From positions 1-45,777 of the forward strand of contig JALTXS010000102.1 in the NCBI GenBank assembly GCA_027048265.1: a stretch of 45,777 nucleotides of DNA. Reading direction: 5' to 3'. Of the stretch, positions 29,061 through 37,036 are shown piece after piece. The stretch's first letter is position 1. Every line of letters starts with the position of its first letter. The stretch is from Desulfurococcales archaeon (GTDB taxonomy: Archaea; Thermoproteota; Thermoprotei_A; Sulfolobales; Fervidicoccaceae). The position numbers and the translations under genes are program-made. The notes beneath the pieces are model-generated. The model searched no databases, was not told the origin of the DNA, and saw only the letters and a program-made list of their open reading frames with translations.

Positions 29061-29735
29061 TTAGGCTCCAAGACTTTTCCTCCTCTCAGCCACGTACCTT
29101 CCCATAAGAGATAGTTTCCTATATCTTGCCATAATGTTGTCAAGGTCCCTCAGGCCATCGGTATAGCATTCAATGAACTTTTCCATAATACTCTCCCTCA
29201 GCATTGGATGCGTGCTGACAACTGCTCGTTCTAGGACCCTTATATCAGTGGCCTTATCCTCCGGTCTTCTGCTTTTGAAAGCCAGTCCAAAGTCCAAGAG
29301 GTAGATGCGGCCCTGGTACTTACTTCTTATAAAATTGGATGTAGTCAAATCCCCATGTATTATATCAGTATTATGAAGTCTCTTGACTATCTCGCCCATT
29401 GTACAGGCAAGGACTCCCACATTGTCAGGTTCTTCGTCAATAACATCCCTGAGAAGGCGGCCTTCAATGTATTTGACTACAAGTATCCCGTTTTCACTAT
29501 CAATGTAAAGGGGGAGGGGGACGTGAACGCCTGCCATTCTAGCCTCTATCAACAATGAGGCCTCGCGTATGGTTCTCGTCTTAATAAGCCTACGGGTGAG
29601 CCTAGGGTCCATGTATTTCTTGGGAAACCTGTGCTTCAGGACAGCCTTTATGCCCAAGTAGTCGGTAAGGTAAAGATTCGACTCAGCCCCCCATGAAAGC
29701 GGCTCTAGTTCGAACGGCCATTTTGGTTTCTCCAA
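29061..29735 (-). CDS. bud32: KEOPS kinase/ATPase Bud32
   Basis: GAESNLYL, IIHGDLTTSNFI, LLDFGLA. TTG start overlaps the kae1 3' end by 31 nt. Confidence 0.85.
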   Translation of the reverse strand: MEKPKWPFELEPLSWGAESNLYLTDYLGIKAVLKHRFPKKYMDPRLTRRLIKTRTIREASLLIEARMAGVHVPLPLYIDSENGILVVKYIEGRLLRDVIDEEPDNVGVLACTMGEIVKRLHNTDIIHGDLTTSNFIRSKYQGRIYLLDFGLAFKSRRPEDKATDIRVLERAVVSTHPMLRESIMEKFIECYTDGLRDLDNIMARYRKLSLMGRYVAERRKSLGA

Positions 29736-30760
29736 GGCACATCCACCTCATCAGGTCTCCAGCGCTGATTTATCACTGCCTCAGAGGGCTCCATTACTAT
29801 GTTATTGAGATACGCGAGAACCCCGGCCCACGCTATCATTGCTCCATTGTCTCCAGCGAATTTGCGGGGGACGTTGTAGAATGAAGCCCCCCTGGCCTCC
29901 GCCATGAGTTTTGTTTTCTTATCTAGAATACTGCTTGCGGATACTCCTCCTGTAAGGAGTACCTGTTTTTTCCTAGTGTGGGCCAGCCCCCTTTCCGCGA
30001 CTTCGAGTATCATTGAGAAGCTTATCTCAACAAGGCTGTAGCATACATCCTCTAGCTTTGCCCCTTGTTTGAGTGCATTAAGTGCGGCTGTTAGAAGGCC
30101 TGAGTAGGAGACGTCCTGGCCCTTTACTATGTAGGGTAATTCGAGGAGCTTCTTCTCCCTGGACCTGAGTGCACACAGGTCGACCACGTGCTCACCTTGG
30201 GATATGTAGGGCGGCGCCAGACCCGCCTCCCTCGCAAATACATCCCTTAGATTACCTAATGCTATATCGAGTGTCTCTCCGAATACGCGGTATCTCCCAT
30301 CCTTGTAGGCTATTATACTGGTGTTTCCACCCGATACGTATATTACTAACGGGTCCTCAAAACCGGAGAGAAGGTTACCGATCTCTATATGCGCAATTGC
30401 ATGGTTTACAGGGACGAGTGGTTTCTCATAGTAAGCTGAAAGAGCACGAGCTACTGTAGCACCCACCCTGAGACAGGGTCCCAGTCCAGGGCCTAGGGCC
30501 ACAGCTATAGCGTTTATATCATTCATCGTGATGCCAGCTTCCTTCAGGGCAGCACTTATTACTGATGGGGCGTTCTCTGCGATAAACCTAGAAGCTTCCC
30601 TAGGGTGGATGCCTCCCATAACTGGGGTGTATCTTTTGTACTGGTTAGCAAGAATGTAGGGAGGCCTGTTACGGGCTATACCCACTCCTATTGTGTGAGC
30701 AGTCGACTCTATTCCGAGAACTGTTACTTCCTTGTCTCTAAGAATTCTGTGTAACCACAT
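29705..30760 (-). CDS. kae1: tRNA N6-adenosine threonylcarbamoyltransferase Kae1
   Basis: [25 protein letters not shown] (metal-binding His pair), [16 protein letters not shown] 30760 is preferred over the track's GTG at 30826. Confidence 0.93.
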   Translation of the reverse strand: MWLHRILRDKEVTVLGIESTAHTIGVGIARNRPPYILANQYKRYTPVMGGIHPREASRFIAENAPSVISAALKEAGITMNDINAIAVALGPGLGPCLRVGATVARALSAYYEKPLVPVNHAIAHIEIGNLLSGFEDPLVIYVSGGNTSIIAYKDGRYRVFGETLDIALGNLRDVFAREAGLAPPYISQGEHVVDLCALRSREKKLLELPYIVKGQDVSYSGLLTAALNALKQGAKLEDVCYSLVEISFSMILEVAERGLAHTRKKQVLLTGGVSASSILDKKTKLMAEARGASFYNVPRKFAGDNGAMIAWAGVLAYLNNIVMEPSEAVINQRWRPDEVDVPWRNQNGRSN

Positions 30761-30894
30761 GCTCCACAGTGCCACCTTGGCACGGGTTTTTTGTGATACG
30801 CCATTATACTGCCACATCGGGGACACTTTTTATTCTTGAGCTTTATAGTACCAGTGCTGTAATCGTACTCGTATAGTTTGTGCACATGGGCCAT
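30724..30894 (-). CDS. rps27ae: Ribosomal protein S27ae (eS31)
   Basis: Zinc ribbon CPRCG...CGACG. ATG 30894 is preceded by GGTGATAGGA. Confidence 0.9.
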   Translation of the reverse strand: MAHVHKLYEYDYSTGTIKLKNKKCPRCGSIMAYHKKPVPRWHCGACGYTEFLETRK

Positions 30895-30904
30895 TCCTAT
30901 CACC

Positions 30905-31219
30905 CTACCCACTCTTCTCTGCCTCTTCTATCTCTTCCTCTAGTGTTTTGTTTCTCTCAATAACATACTTGGGTTCGAACAACTGTGCTTTTTCGATAGT
31001 ATCATAGACATTGACAATGGCATTGGACACGCCTATACCGTATTCCGTTTCCAGTTTTCTTATAAACAACTTCTTATACTCTACGCCAAGCTTCTCAGCT
31101 AGCTTAACCCTCACATCAGGTATAGGGGGCGTACCTTTTCCCACGTGATATACCTTGATCACATACTCTCTTCGACCCACGACCCTATTGTCCTTCTCCT
31201 CAACTATCTCCGCCGTCAT
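30905..31219 (-). CDS. rps24e: Ribosomal protein S24e (eS24)
   Basis: [48 protein letters not shown] 31219. Confidence 0.9.
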   Translation of the reverse strand: MTAEIVEEKDNRVVGRREYVIKVYHVGKGTPPIPDVRVKLAEKLGVEYKKLFIRKLETEYGIGVSNAIVNVYDTIEKAQLFEPKYVIERNKTLEEEIEEAEKSG

Positions 31220-31440
31220 GTCGTCGCCGATGTCGATTATTTTTCTAGTTGCCTGCAAGGTCGTCCACCTACTCCCGAGATCTCGACCAACCCATAGTAT
31301 CCACCTTGATAAGGATTATAATAATTTCCTCCAAATAGTTTGGAGACGCTAACATTAATAATGCCTCGACATGCTTACCAATGAACAGTCAAGTGACGGT
31401 AGAGGAAACATCACTACGGTGGATCGCCTTGACCAACTCC

Positions 31441-32106
31441 ATGTACCACTACATTGCAGAAGCCTGGAAGCGCCCCTATGAGGGTGAGCATAAGGAGCTC
31501 ATGAAACAGCGGCTAATAAAATGGAGGAGAGAGCCAGCGGTAGTAAGGGTTGAACGACCCACACGACTAGACAGGGCCAGAAGTCTTGGGTACAAGGCCA
31601 AGCAGGGAATTATAGTAGTCAGAGTGAGGGTGAGAAAGGGGGGGATGAGGAAGGAGAGACCCAACAAGGGCAGGAGACCCAAGAGAATGGGCGTTTACGG
31701 ATACAGCCCGGCTAAAAGCCTGAGGCTCATAGCTGAAGAGAGGGCTGCTAGAAAGTATCCTAACCTCGAAGTCTTGAACAGCTACTATGTTGGAGAAGAT
31801 GGCAATTATAAGTGGTTTGAAGTAATACTTGTCGACCCTCATCATCCTGCGATTAAGAGTGATCCCGAGCTTAAATGGATTACAAGGAAAGTGCACAAGG
31901 GAAGAGTGTTTAGAGGCCTGACCAGTGCCGGTAAGAAGATGAGAGGCCTTAGGAAATCGCGTGGTCTAAAAGGCACTATTAAGCACAAGTTCAAAAAGAA
32001 ACTTAAAGAAAGAAGACTGAAGAAACGCCACGAGGCTAGTCGTGGGGCCCGCCTAATTGCTCCTGAAGATATCCTTAGAAAGTATCACAAAGATGACTTG
32101 CAGTAA
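31441..32106 (+). CDS. rpl15e: Ribosomal protein L15e (eL15), crenarchaeal long form
   Basis: [12 protein letters not shown]..., [27 protein letters not shown], and a basic C-terminal extension [19 protein letters not shown]. Confidence 0.93.
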   Translation: MYHYIAEAWKRPYEGEHKELMKQRLIKWRREPAVVRVERPTRLDRARSLGYKAKQGIIVVRVRVRKGGMRKERPNKGRRPKRMGVYGYSPAKSLRLIAEERAARKYPNLEVLNSYYVGEDGNYKWFEVILVDPHHPAIKSDPELKWITRKVHKGRVFRGLTSAGKKMRGLRKSRGLKGTIKHKFKKKLKERRLKKRHEASRGARLIAPEDILRKYHKDDLQ

Positions 32107-32459
32107 ACTTTACTACTCTAGAAATATTTTAGCTTAATAACCACCACCCTCGTGTATCTCGCAGCTACTGTTTCTCGTCATTCAGAAACCCAGACACCAA
32201 TAGTTGTTTATTACGTCTCTCTCTTTTTATCTGAAGCTGCCTATGGGTTGTTCTACTTTATTGTTGTTCAAGTACATTCACCGAGAAAATAATAACTGTA
32301 ATAAAGTGCATTAGAAATGGCTTGTAACAATCAAAACACGTTTCCAGAAGTTGTAACAGATTTTAAGGAGGCTGGGGTGTCACGACTGTAGGGCTTGTTG
32401 AGTCGCAGCTCGGAGTCATAGGTAACAAGTTATCTCAGCTCCTCAGCAAGCATGGAGAG

Positions 32460-33566
32460 TTGAATCTAACATCTATACCCTCGTTCGACCATTATCTTTC
32501 TTCGCTTGTTCTTCAATCAATCTTGGCTGAGAAGAGTATCGAGTCCCAGATTGAGCTATCATATAATTCCCCCCATTTGAAGGACAATGTTCCCCATCTC
32601 ATGGTGGGCTTTAACAAAACCAAGCCGGAGCCAAGTAGCATAACGTTGAGAATAAATGGGGAGGTTTTGGTGGCTAAGCCTGGTATACCTGTATCGGCGT
32701 CAATGCTTGTCTTAGTAGAAGGAATAAGTATATTGGGTGAGGTCCACCGGAGTCTGCTTGCAGCGTCAACTATTTCCGGTGATAAGCTATTCAGGGATCC
32801 TAGCAACCTAGACAAGTTCAACGAGCACTCGTCCCAAAGTGTAGAGTTGTGGGGGAAGTTTCTCGCCTTTTTCGCTAGTGAAGGCTACAATGTTGCGGAC
32901 TCTCTGTACGCTACTTCCTTTCCTTACTTGCCCAACATAACCGGTGTGAGATCTGGCGATGTTTTGAAGATGTTGGAGAACACGGGCATCAGTAGCGGGA
33001 AAAGCCTGACTGAAATAACGAGTGAGGAGGGCAAGAGGCTTGTCGAGGAGGTTCTGAAGAACATTAACAAGAAAGCGAAAAAGATAGTGGCTTCTAACTC
33101 CTTGGTATCCTACCTGCCAATGGTCAAGGTCCAGGGTAGACGGATAGACCTCAGAGAAATTGCTGCATCCCTAGCTATACTCGCCGAACTTAGCCTTGGA
33201 ACGATATTAGACTGTATGGCACGTAACACTATCAAGGTTCTTTTAGAAGAATACTACTACTCGCTCAACCTTATAGCAAATATTGTGGAGGACATATTGG
33301 AGAGAAAGAGCCTTGTATACAAGGGTAATATAGTAGTAATAGAAGAACCTCCTCGTGGACCTGATATGTTTCCCTTCAGTTACGTCTCATCAGCTTTGGA
33401 ATTCCTCGGGTACTTGGACCAGGCACAGTTGCTGGCAGCGGAAGACGACGGGGTCATTGTAACCAACAAGTATGAAGCGTGGAAGCACAGGTCCAGTGTG
33501 CCACTAAATAAGTTCACCCAGATAGACCATACATTGATAACTGTCCGCCCACAGGGGGAGGTTTAA
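32460..33566 (+). CDS. Hypothetical protein (368 aa) with no family recognised; translationally coupled to the downstream Pcc1-like gene
   Basis: Long ORF with protein-like composition. Its TAA overlaps the ATG of the next gene by 1 nt. The only candidate start is TTG 32460. It has an HhH-like stretch, LPNITGVRSGDVLKMLENTGI. Confidence 0.6.
   Translation: MNLTSIPSFDHYLSSLVLQSILAEKSIESQIELSYNSPHLKDNVPHLMVGFNKTKPEPSSITLRINGEVLVAKPGIPVSASMLVLVEGISILGEVHRSLLAASTISGDKLFRDPSNLDKFNEHSSQSVELWGKFLAFFASEGYNVADSLYATSFPYLPNITGVRSGDVLKMLENTGISSGKSLTEITSEEGKRLVEEVLKNINKKAKKIVASNSLVSYLPMVKVQGRRIDLREIAASLAILAELSLGTILDCMARNTIKVLLEEYYYSLNLIANIVEDILERKSLVYKGNIVVIEEPPRGPDMFPFSYVSSALEFLGYLDQAQLLAAEDDGVIVTNKYEAWKHRSSVPLNKFTQIDHTLITVRPQGEV
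33554..33562 (+). promoter_or_regulatory. Shine-Dalgarno-like site for the Pcc1-paralog gene
   Basis: GGGGGAGGT lies a few nt upstream of ATG 33566, inside the 3' end of the upstream ORF. Confidence 0.5.
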
Positions 33567-33817
33567 TGAAGATAACAGTCTGGATAGAAGTTGGTTCGAA
33601 TGATGAGAAGATTGTGGAATCCCTATACAAGTCCTTGAAGCCCGACAATAGGGGATTCCCGACAGGTATAAGGTTTAGTGAGCAGCTTCTGAGCAACAAA
33701 CTGGTATATAGCCTGGAGGCTGACGAAAACTCCTTGAAGAGCCTGAGGAACACCGTAGACGACCTCCTTGAGAGCCTGGAGACTGTGGAAAGAGTGCTGT
33801 TTAGAGAAGAAGACTAG
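33566..33817 (+). CDS. Pcc1-family paralog (candidate Pcc2 KEOPS subunit)
   Basis: 83 aa. IVESLYKSLKPDN...LVYSLEADENSLKSLRNTVDDLLESLETVERVL follows the Pcc1 fold pattern (..sl.Pd.., a.d..sLR.tvn..l). It is the second such gene in this window. Confidence 0.55.
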   Translation: MKITVWIEVGSNDEKIVESLYKSLKPDNRGFPTGIRFSEQLLSNKLVYSLEADENSLKSLRNTVDDLLESLETVERVLFREED

Positions 33818-33884
33818 GCCTCGTGGTAATTATTATAAGGCGCTGAGGGCCGAGTGAGGATAACGGTAAGAAGAGAGTGGTAAC

Positions 33885-34511
33885 ATGTCAAGGAGGCGCG
33901 ATGTCAGGGATAAGTGGAAGCTAAAGAGATGGTACACCATTGTGGCACCACCTGTATTTGGGGAAGCCCCTGTTGGAACGACTCCTGCTGATGATCCCAA
34001 TAAGCTCATAGGCAGAGTAATCGAGACCACCTTGTACGATATTACAGGCGACTACATGCAGGTCCACATAAAGCTAAGGTTCCAGGTGATCGAGGTAGAC
34101 GGCAACGTAGCTAAGACGAGGTTCAAGGGACACGAACTCGCGCGTGATTACATCAAAGTCTTAACGAGGAGAAAGAGCAGTAAGATACAGGGTATATTCA
34201 ACGTTGAGACAAAGGATGGCTATGGTCTCAGGGTAACTGTAATGGTTTTCACATCATATAGGTGCAAGACGAGTCAGAAGAAAGCTATTAGGAAAATCAT
34301 GAAAGAAATAGTGGAGAAGACCGCTAGAGAGCAGACCTTCGACGAGTTTATACAGTCTATGATATTTGATAAGATATCAGCGGAAATATTTGAGCAGGCT
34401 AAGAAGATATACCCCATAAGAAAGGTGGAGGTCTACAAGTCAAAGCTCTTAACGATACCCGGGCCACATGGTCCCATGAAGGCTGTTGTTCTACCGCCAA
34501 TTTCAAGGTAA
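33885..34511 (+). CDS. rps3ae: Ribosomal protein S3Ae (eS1)
   Basis: MSRRRDVRDKWKLKRWYTIVAPPVFG...GRVIETTLYDITGDY. Confidence 0.93.
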   Translation: MSRRRDVRDKWKLKRWYTIVAPPVFGEAPVGTTPADDPNKLIGRVIETTLYDITGDYMQVHIKLRFQVIEVDGNVAKTRFKGHELARDYIKVLTRRKSSKIQGIFNVETKDGYGLRVTVMVFTSYRCKTSQKKAIRKIMKEIVEKTAREQTFDEFIQSMIFDKISAEIFEQAKKIYPIRKVEVYKSKLLTIPGPHGPMKAVVLPPISR

Positions 34512-34709
34512 GTATTCCATTGACCTTCCTCTTGGCCCTCCTTTTACATCATAAGGTTCTTAGCAACCTTTGTCTTTCCATGGATAGAAACTACATATAG
34601 GGCTAGGGAACCTATTCGTTCTCGTGTTTGGATAAGTACCTTGACATGGTAATGTCGTCTCCTAAGTAAGTCAATTATCACAGTACTTGACATCCTTAGG
34701 TGTATCGGC

Positions 34710-35777
34710 TTGGCTGAGGAGCTTTGCTCTTTTAACATACTGCTTACTACGGGTTTGGGTAAGGAGGAGATTGCCGCAAGTTTCGTAGAGGAAGAAAGGA
34801 ACGTAGAATCAGTCATGCCCAGGCCCCTAGGGTTTAAAGGTCTTGTCCTAGTCAGATGCTCAGAGCCTGAAAACTGCCTTGCCAGCCTTTTGAAAGGAAA
34901 TGTTTTTATCGAAAAAGGATTCGTTGTGAAGGCGTGTGTTGAAGCGGAGATTGATAAAATAACTAAAGCGTCCCTAGACATTGCTAGGAAAGTAATAGGG
35001 AAGCATAACAGTTTCGCTGTAAGGACTGTGAGGAGAGGGAGTCATGATTTTTCAAGTATTGATGTCAACGTCAATGTGGGCAGAGAGGTTCAACTCGCCA
35101 CCGGAGCCCGTGTTGACCTAGAAAACCCCGACTATACTATTCTTATCAATATCTTGGGACCCGTAGCGTTCATTTCCCTTGTAGAAAACATGCCAACTAG
35201 GCCGAAAAGGTGGAAGGAGAAGACGCCCTTCTACAAGTTTTTCAACAGAGTAATAGTAGTCCAGGAGCCCTACTTGTCCCATGATCTAGAGGCATGCTTC
35301 AAAATGGGTGAGAGAGTAGGAAGAGCTCTGCAGACCTACGAGGTCGGAGACTATTACATTGCCCTAACCAAACCGGTAGATTCACGCCAACTAGGTGAGT
35401 ACATGAGAGGCGTCACTGAAGGTATTGAATCAAGATACAGCATCCAGTTGAAAAGCTATTCCAGGAAACCCGTTAAAACCAAGGTCCGCGTATACGAGTT
35501 ACATCTTCTAATAAGGAGTTTCAGGGATAATCCCATAATTATATTCGAGCCGGAAGGAGAATATGTGGCAAAAGTTTCGGACAAACTGGCCAGGATAATC
35601 CAGAGAGGTAAACGCCCCGTGCTCGTATTCGGTGCTAGAGAAGGAGTTCCCACAGGGCTTTTCAGGTTCGCAGAACTCGTGGTAGACATCGCACCTGGAA
35701 TGACGCTTTCAACCGAACAGGCTCTTACAGCGGCGTTTGGCGTCCTAACTGTTATTCTGGGTGGGGAGCAGGCATGA
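34710..35777 (+). CDS. THUMP-domain protein fused to a SPOUT-type RNA methyltransferase (AF2226-like)
   Basis: N-terminal half: FNILLTTGLGKEEIA...FAVRTVRRGSHDFSSIDVNVNVGREV...VDLENPDYTILINILG (ferredoxin-like plus THUMP). C-terminal half: PVLVFGAREGVPTGLFRFAELVVDIAPGMTLSTEQALTAAFGVL (trefoil-knot SPOUT pattern). TTG start. Confidence 0.7.
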   Translation: MAEELCSFNILLTTGLGKEEIAASFVEEERNVESVMPRPLGFKGLVLVRCSEPENCLASLLKGNVFIEKGFVVKACVEAEIDKITKASLDIARKVIGKHNSFAVRTVRRGSHDFSSIDVNVNVGREVQLATGARVDLENPDYTILINILGPVAFISLVENMPTRPKRWKEKTPFYKFFNRVIVVQEPYLSHDLEACFKMGERVGRALQTYEVGDYYIALTKPVDSRQLGEYMRGVTEGIESRYSIQLKSYSRKPVKTKVRVYELHLLIRSFRDNPIIIFEPEGEYVAKVSDKLARIIQRGKRPVLVFGAREGVPTGLFRFAELVVDIAPGMTLSTEQALTAAFGVLTVILGGEQA

Positions 35778-37036
35778 ATGCTCCTAGTGCTGTTATACTG
35801 GCTGCGGGTAAGGGCGAGAGGCTTTGGCCCCTGACAAGCACTAGGCCGAAGCCCCTTCTCCCCATATTGTGCAAGCCCCTCTTACTGAATCACTTTGAGA
35901 CGCTATATAGCAAGGGAGTGAGGGAATACTTTATCGTAGTACATCACATGGAGGAGCTTATCAGGAGGGAAGTTATGAGCTTTTTCGAGGAGCGTCGTGA
36001 TGCAAATGTTACCTTTGTAAAACAAGGAGAGCCAAAGGGAACCGGTCATGCAGTTCTCAGCGTTTTCAGAGAATCAGATATTCCAGGAGACCGTGTACTT
36101 GTGGTCTACGGTGACGTCTACATCGATGTTGAAACTTATAGTAGGGTACTGGACAGTTTTCTACGAGATAGCGAGGAAGACCACGTTCTGGGGGTTCTTG
36201 TGAATGATGTTTCTAGATTTGGGGAACTTCTTGTAGATGATAATGGTAATTTGCTGGAAATAAGAGAGAAACCAGGTGTTACAAGAAGGGGTATTATAAA
36301 TGGGGGAATATATTTCGTTGAAAAGGCTCGTCTTAGGAAGGCTCTTGAGACTGTGGGGGTCTCGGAAAGAGGTGAATACGAGCTGACTGATGCCCTAAGC
36401 AAAATCTCTAAAGTAAACAATGTTAAGGTTGACGTAATTGATCATTCCAGTTGGAGCGATATTGGGACACCCTGGGACTATCTTGAGATTAATCGAAGGA
36501 TTGTTAAAGAGCGTGTTGGAAGAGTTGTTGTTGGCGCGGGTTCCCATGTGAGTGATAATAGCATCCTAGAAGGACCTGTTTATATTGACCGTGATGTAAC
36601 AATAGGCCCGTTCAACAGGATAAGAGGGCCCACTGTAATATGTAAGGGTGCCAGGATCGGTTTTTCTGTGGAAGTGAAAGCAAGCGTGATCCTGGAAAAT
36701 GCTAAAGTACCACACCTATCATACGTGGGCGACTCTGTTATAGGAGAACATGCTAACCTGGGTGCAGGGACCATTACTGCTAATCTAAGGCATGACAATG
36801 AGCCTGTTAAGACTGTCGTGAAAGGGAGGCTAGTATCCACGGGTATGAGGAAATTCGGTGCAGTAATAGGCGGATATGCCAAGACTGGTATAAACACCTC
36901 TTTGCACCCGGGGGTAAAAATTGGTGCAAGAAGCTGGATTGGAGCTGGATGCATAATAGACCGGGACGTACCCGATGATAGTGTCCTAAAGTGCAGGTGT
37001 GAGAAGACTATCACCGGTAAAAGGGATATTCGATGA
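35774..37036 (+). CDS. Bifunctional sugar-1-phosphate nucleotidylyltransferase / acetyltransferase (GlmU- or ST0452-like)
   Basis: VILAAGKGERLWPLTSTRPKPLLPI NTP-transferase motif, with a C-terminal half of hexapeptide (left-handed beta-helix) repeats. ATGA overlap with the upstream gene. Confidence 0.85.
   Translation: MNAPSAVILAAGKGERLWPLTSTRPKPLLPILCKPLLLNHFETLYSKGVREYFIVVHHMEELIRREVMSFFEERRDANVTFVKQGEPKGTGHAVLSVFRESDIPGDRVLVVYGDVYIDVETYSRVLDSFLRDSEEDHVLGVLVNDVSRFGELLVDDNGNLLEIREKPGVTRRGIINGGIYFVEKARLRKALETVGVSERGEYELTDALSKISKVNNVKVDVIDHSSWSDIGTPWDYLEINRRIVKERVGRVVVGAGSHVSDNSILEGPVYIDRDVTIGPFNRIRGPTVICKGARIGFSVEVKASVILENAKVPHLSYVGDSVIGEHANLGAGTITANLRHDNEPVKTVVKGRLVSTGMRKFGAVIGGYAKTGINTSLHPGVKIGARSWIGAGCIIDRDVPDDSVLKCRCEKTITGKRDIR

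Noticed and set aside
32322-32358. Direct repeat TTGTAACA (32322-32329 and 32351-32358) in the 353-nt spacer upstream of the orphan gene
   Set aside because: One 8-mer repeat within about 350 nt of AT-rich DNA is about what chance predicts (on the order of one pair). There is no palindromic structure.
34544-34981. 145-aa minus-strand ORF covering the S3Ae/THUMP spacer and the 5' end of the THUMP-SPOUT gene
   Set aside because: It overlaps the conserved THUMP N-terminus on the opposite strand. Its product is Ser/Leu-rich without motifs, and there is no promoter-like or SD context.
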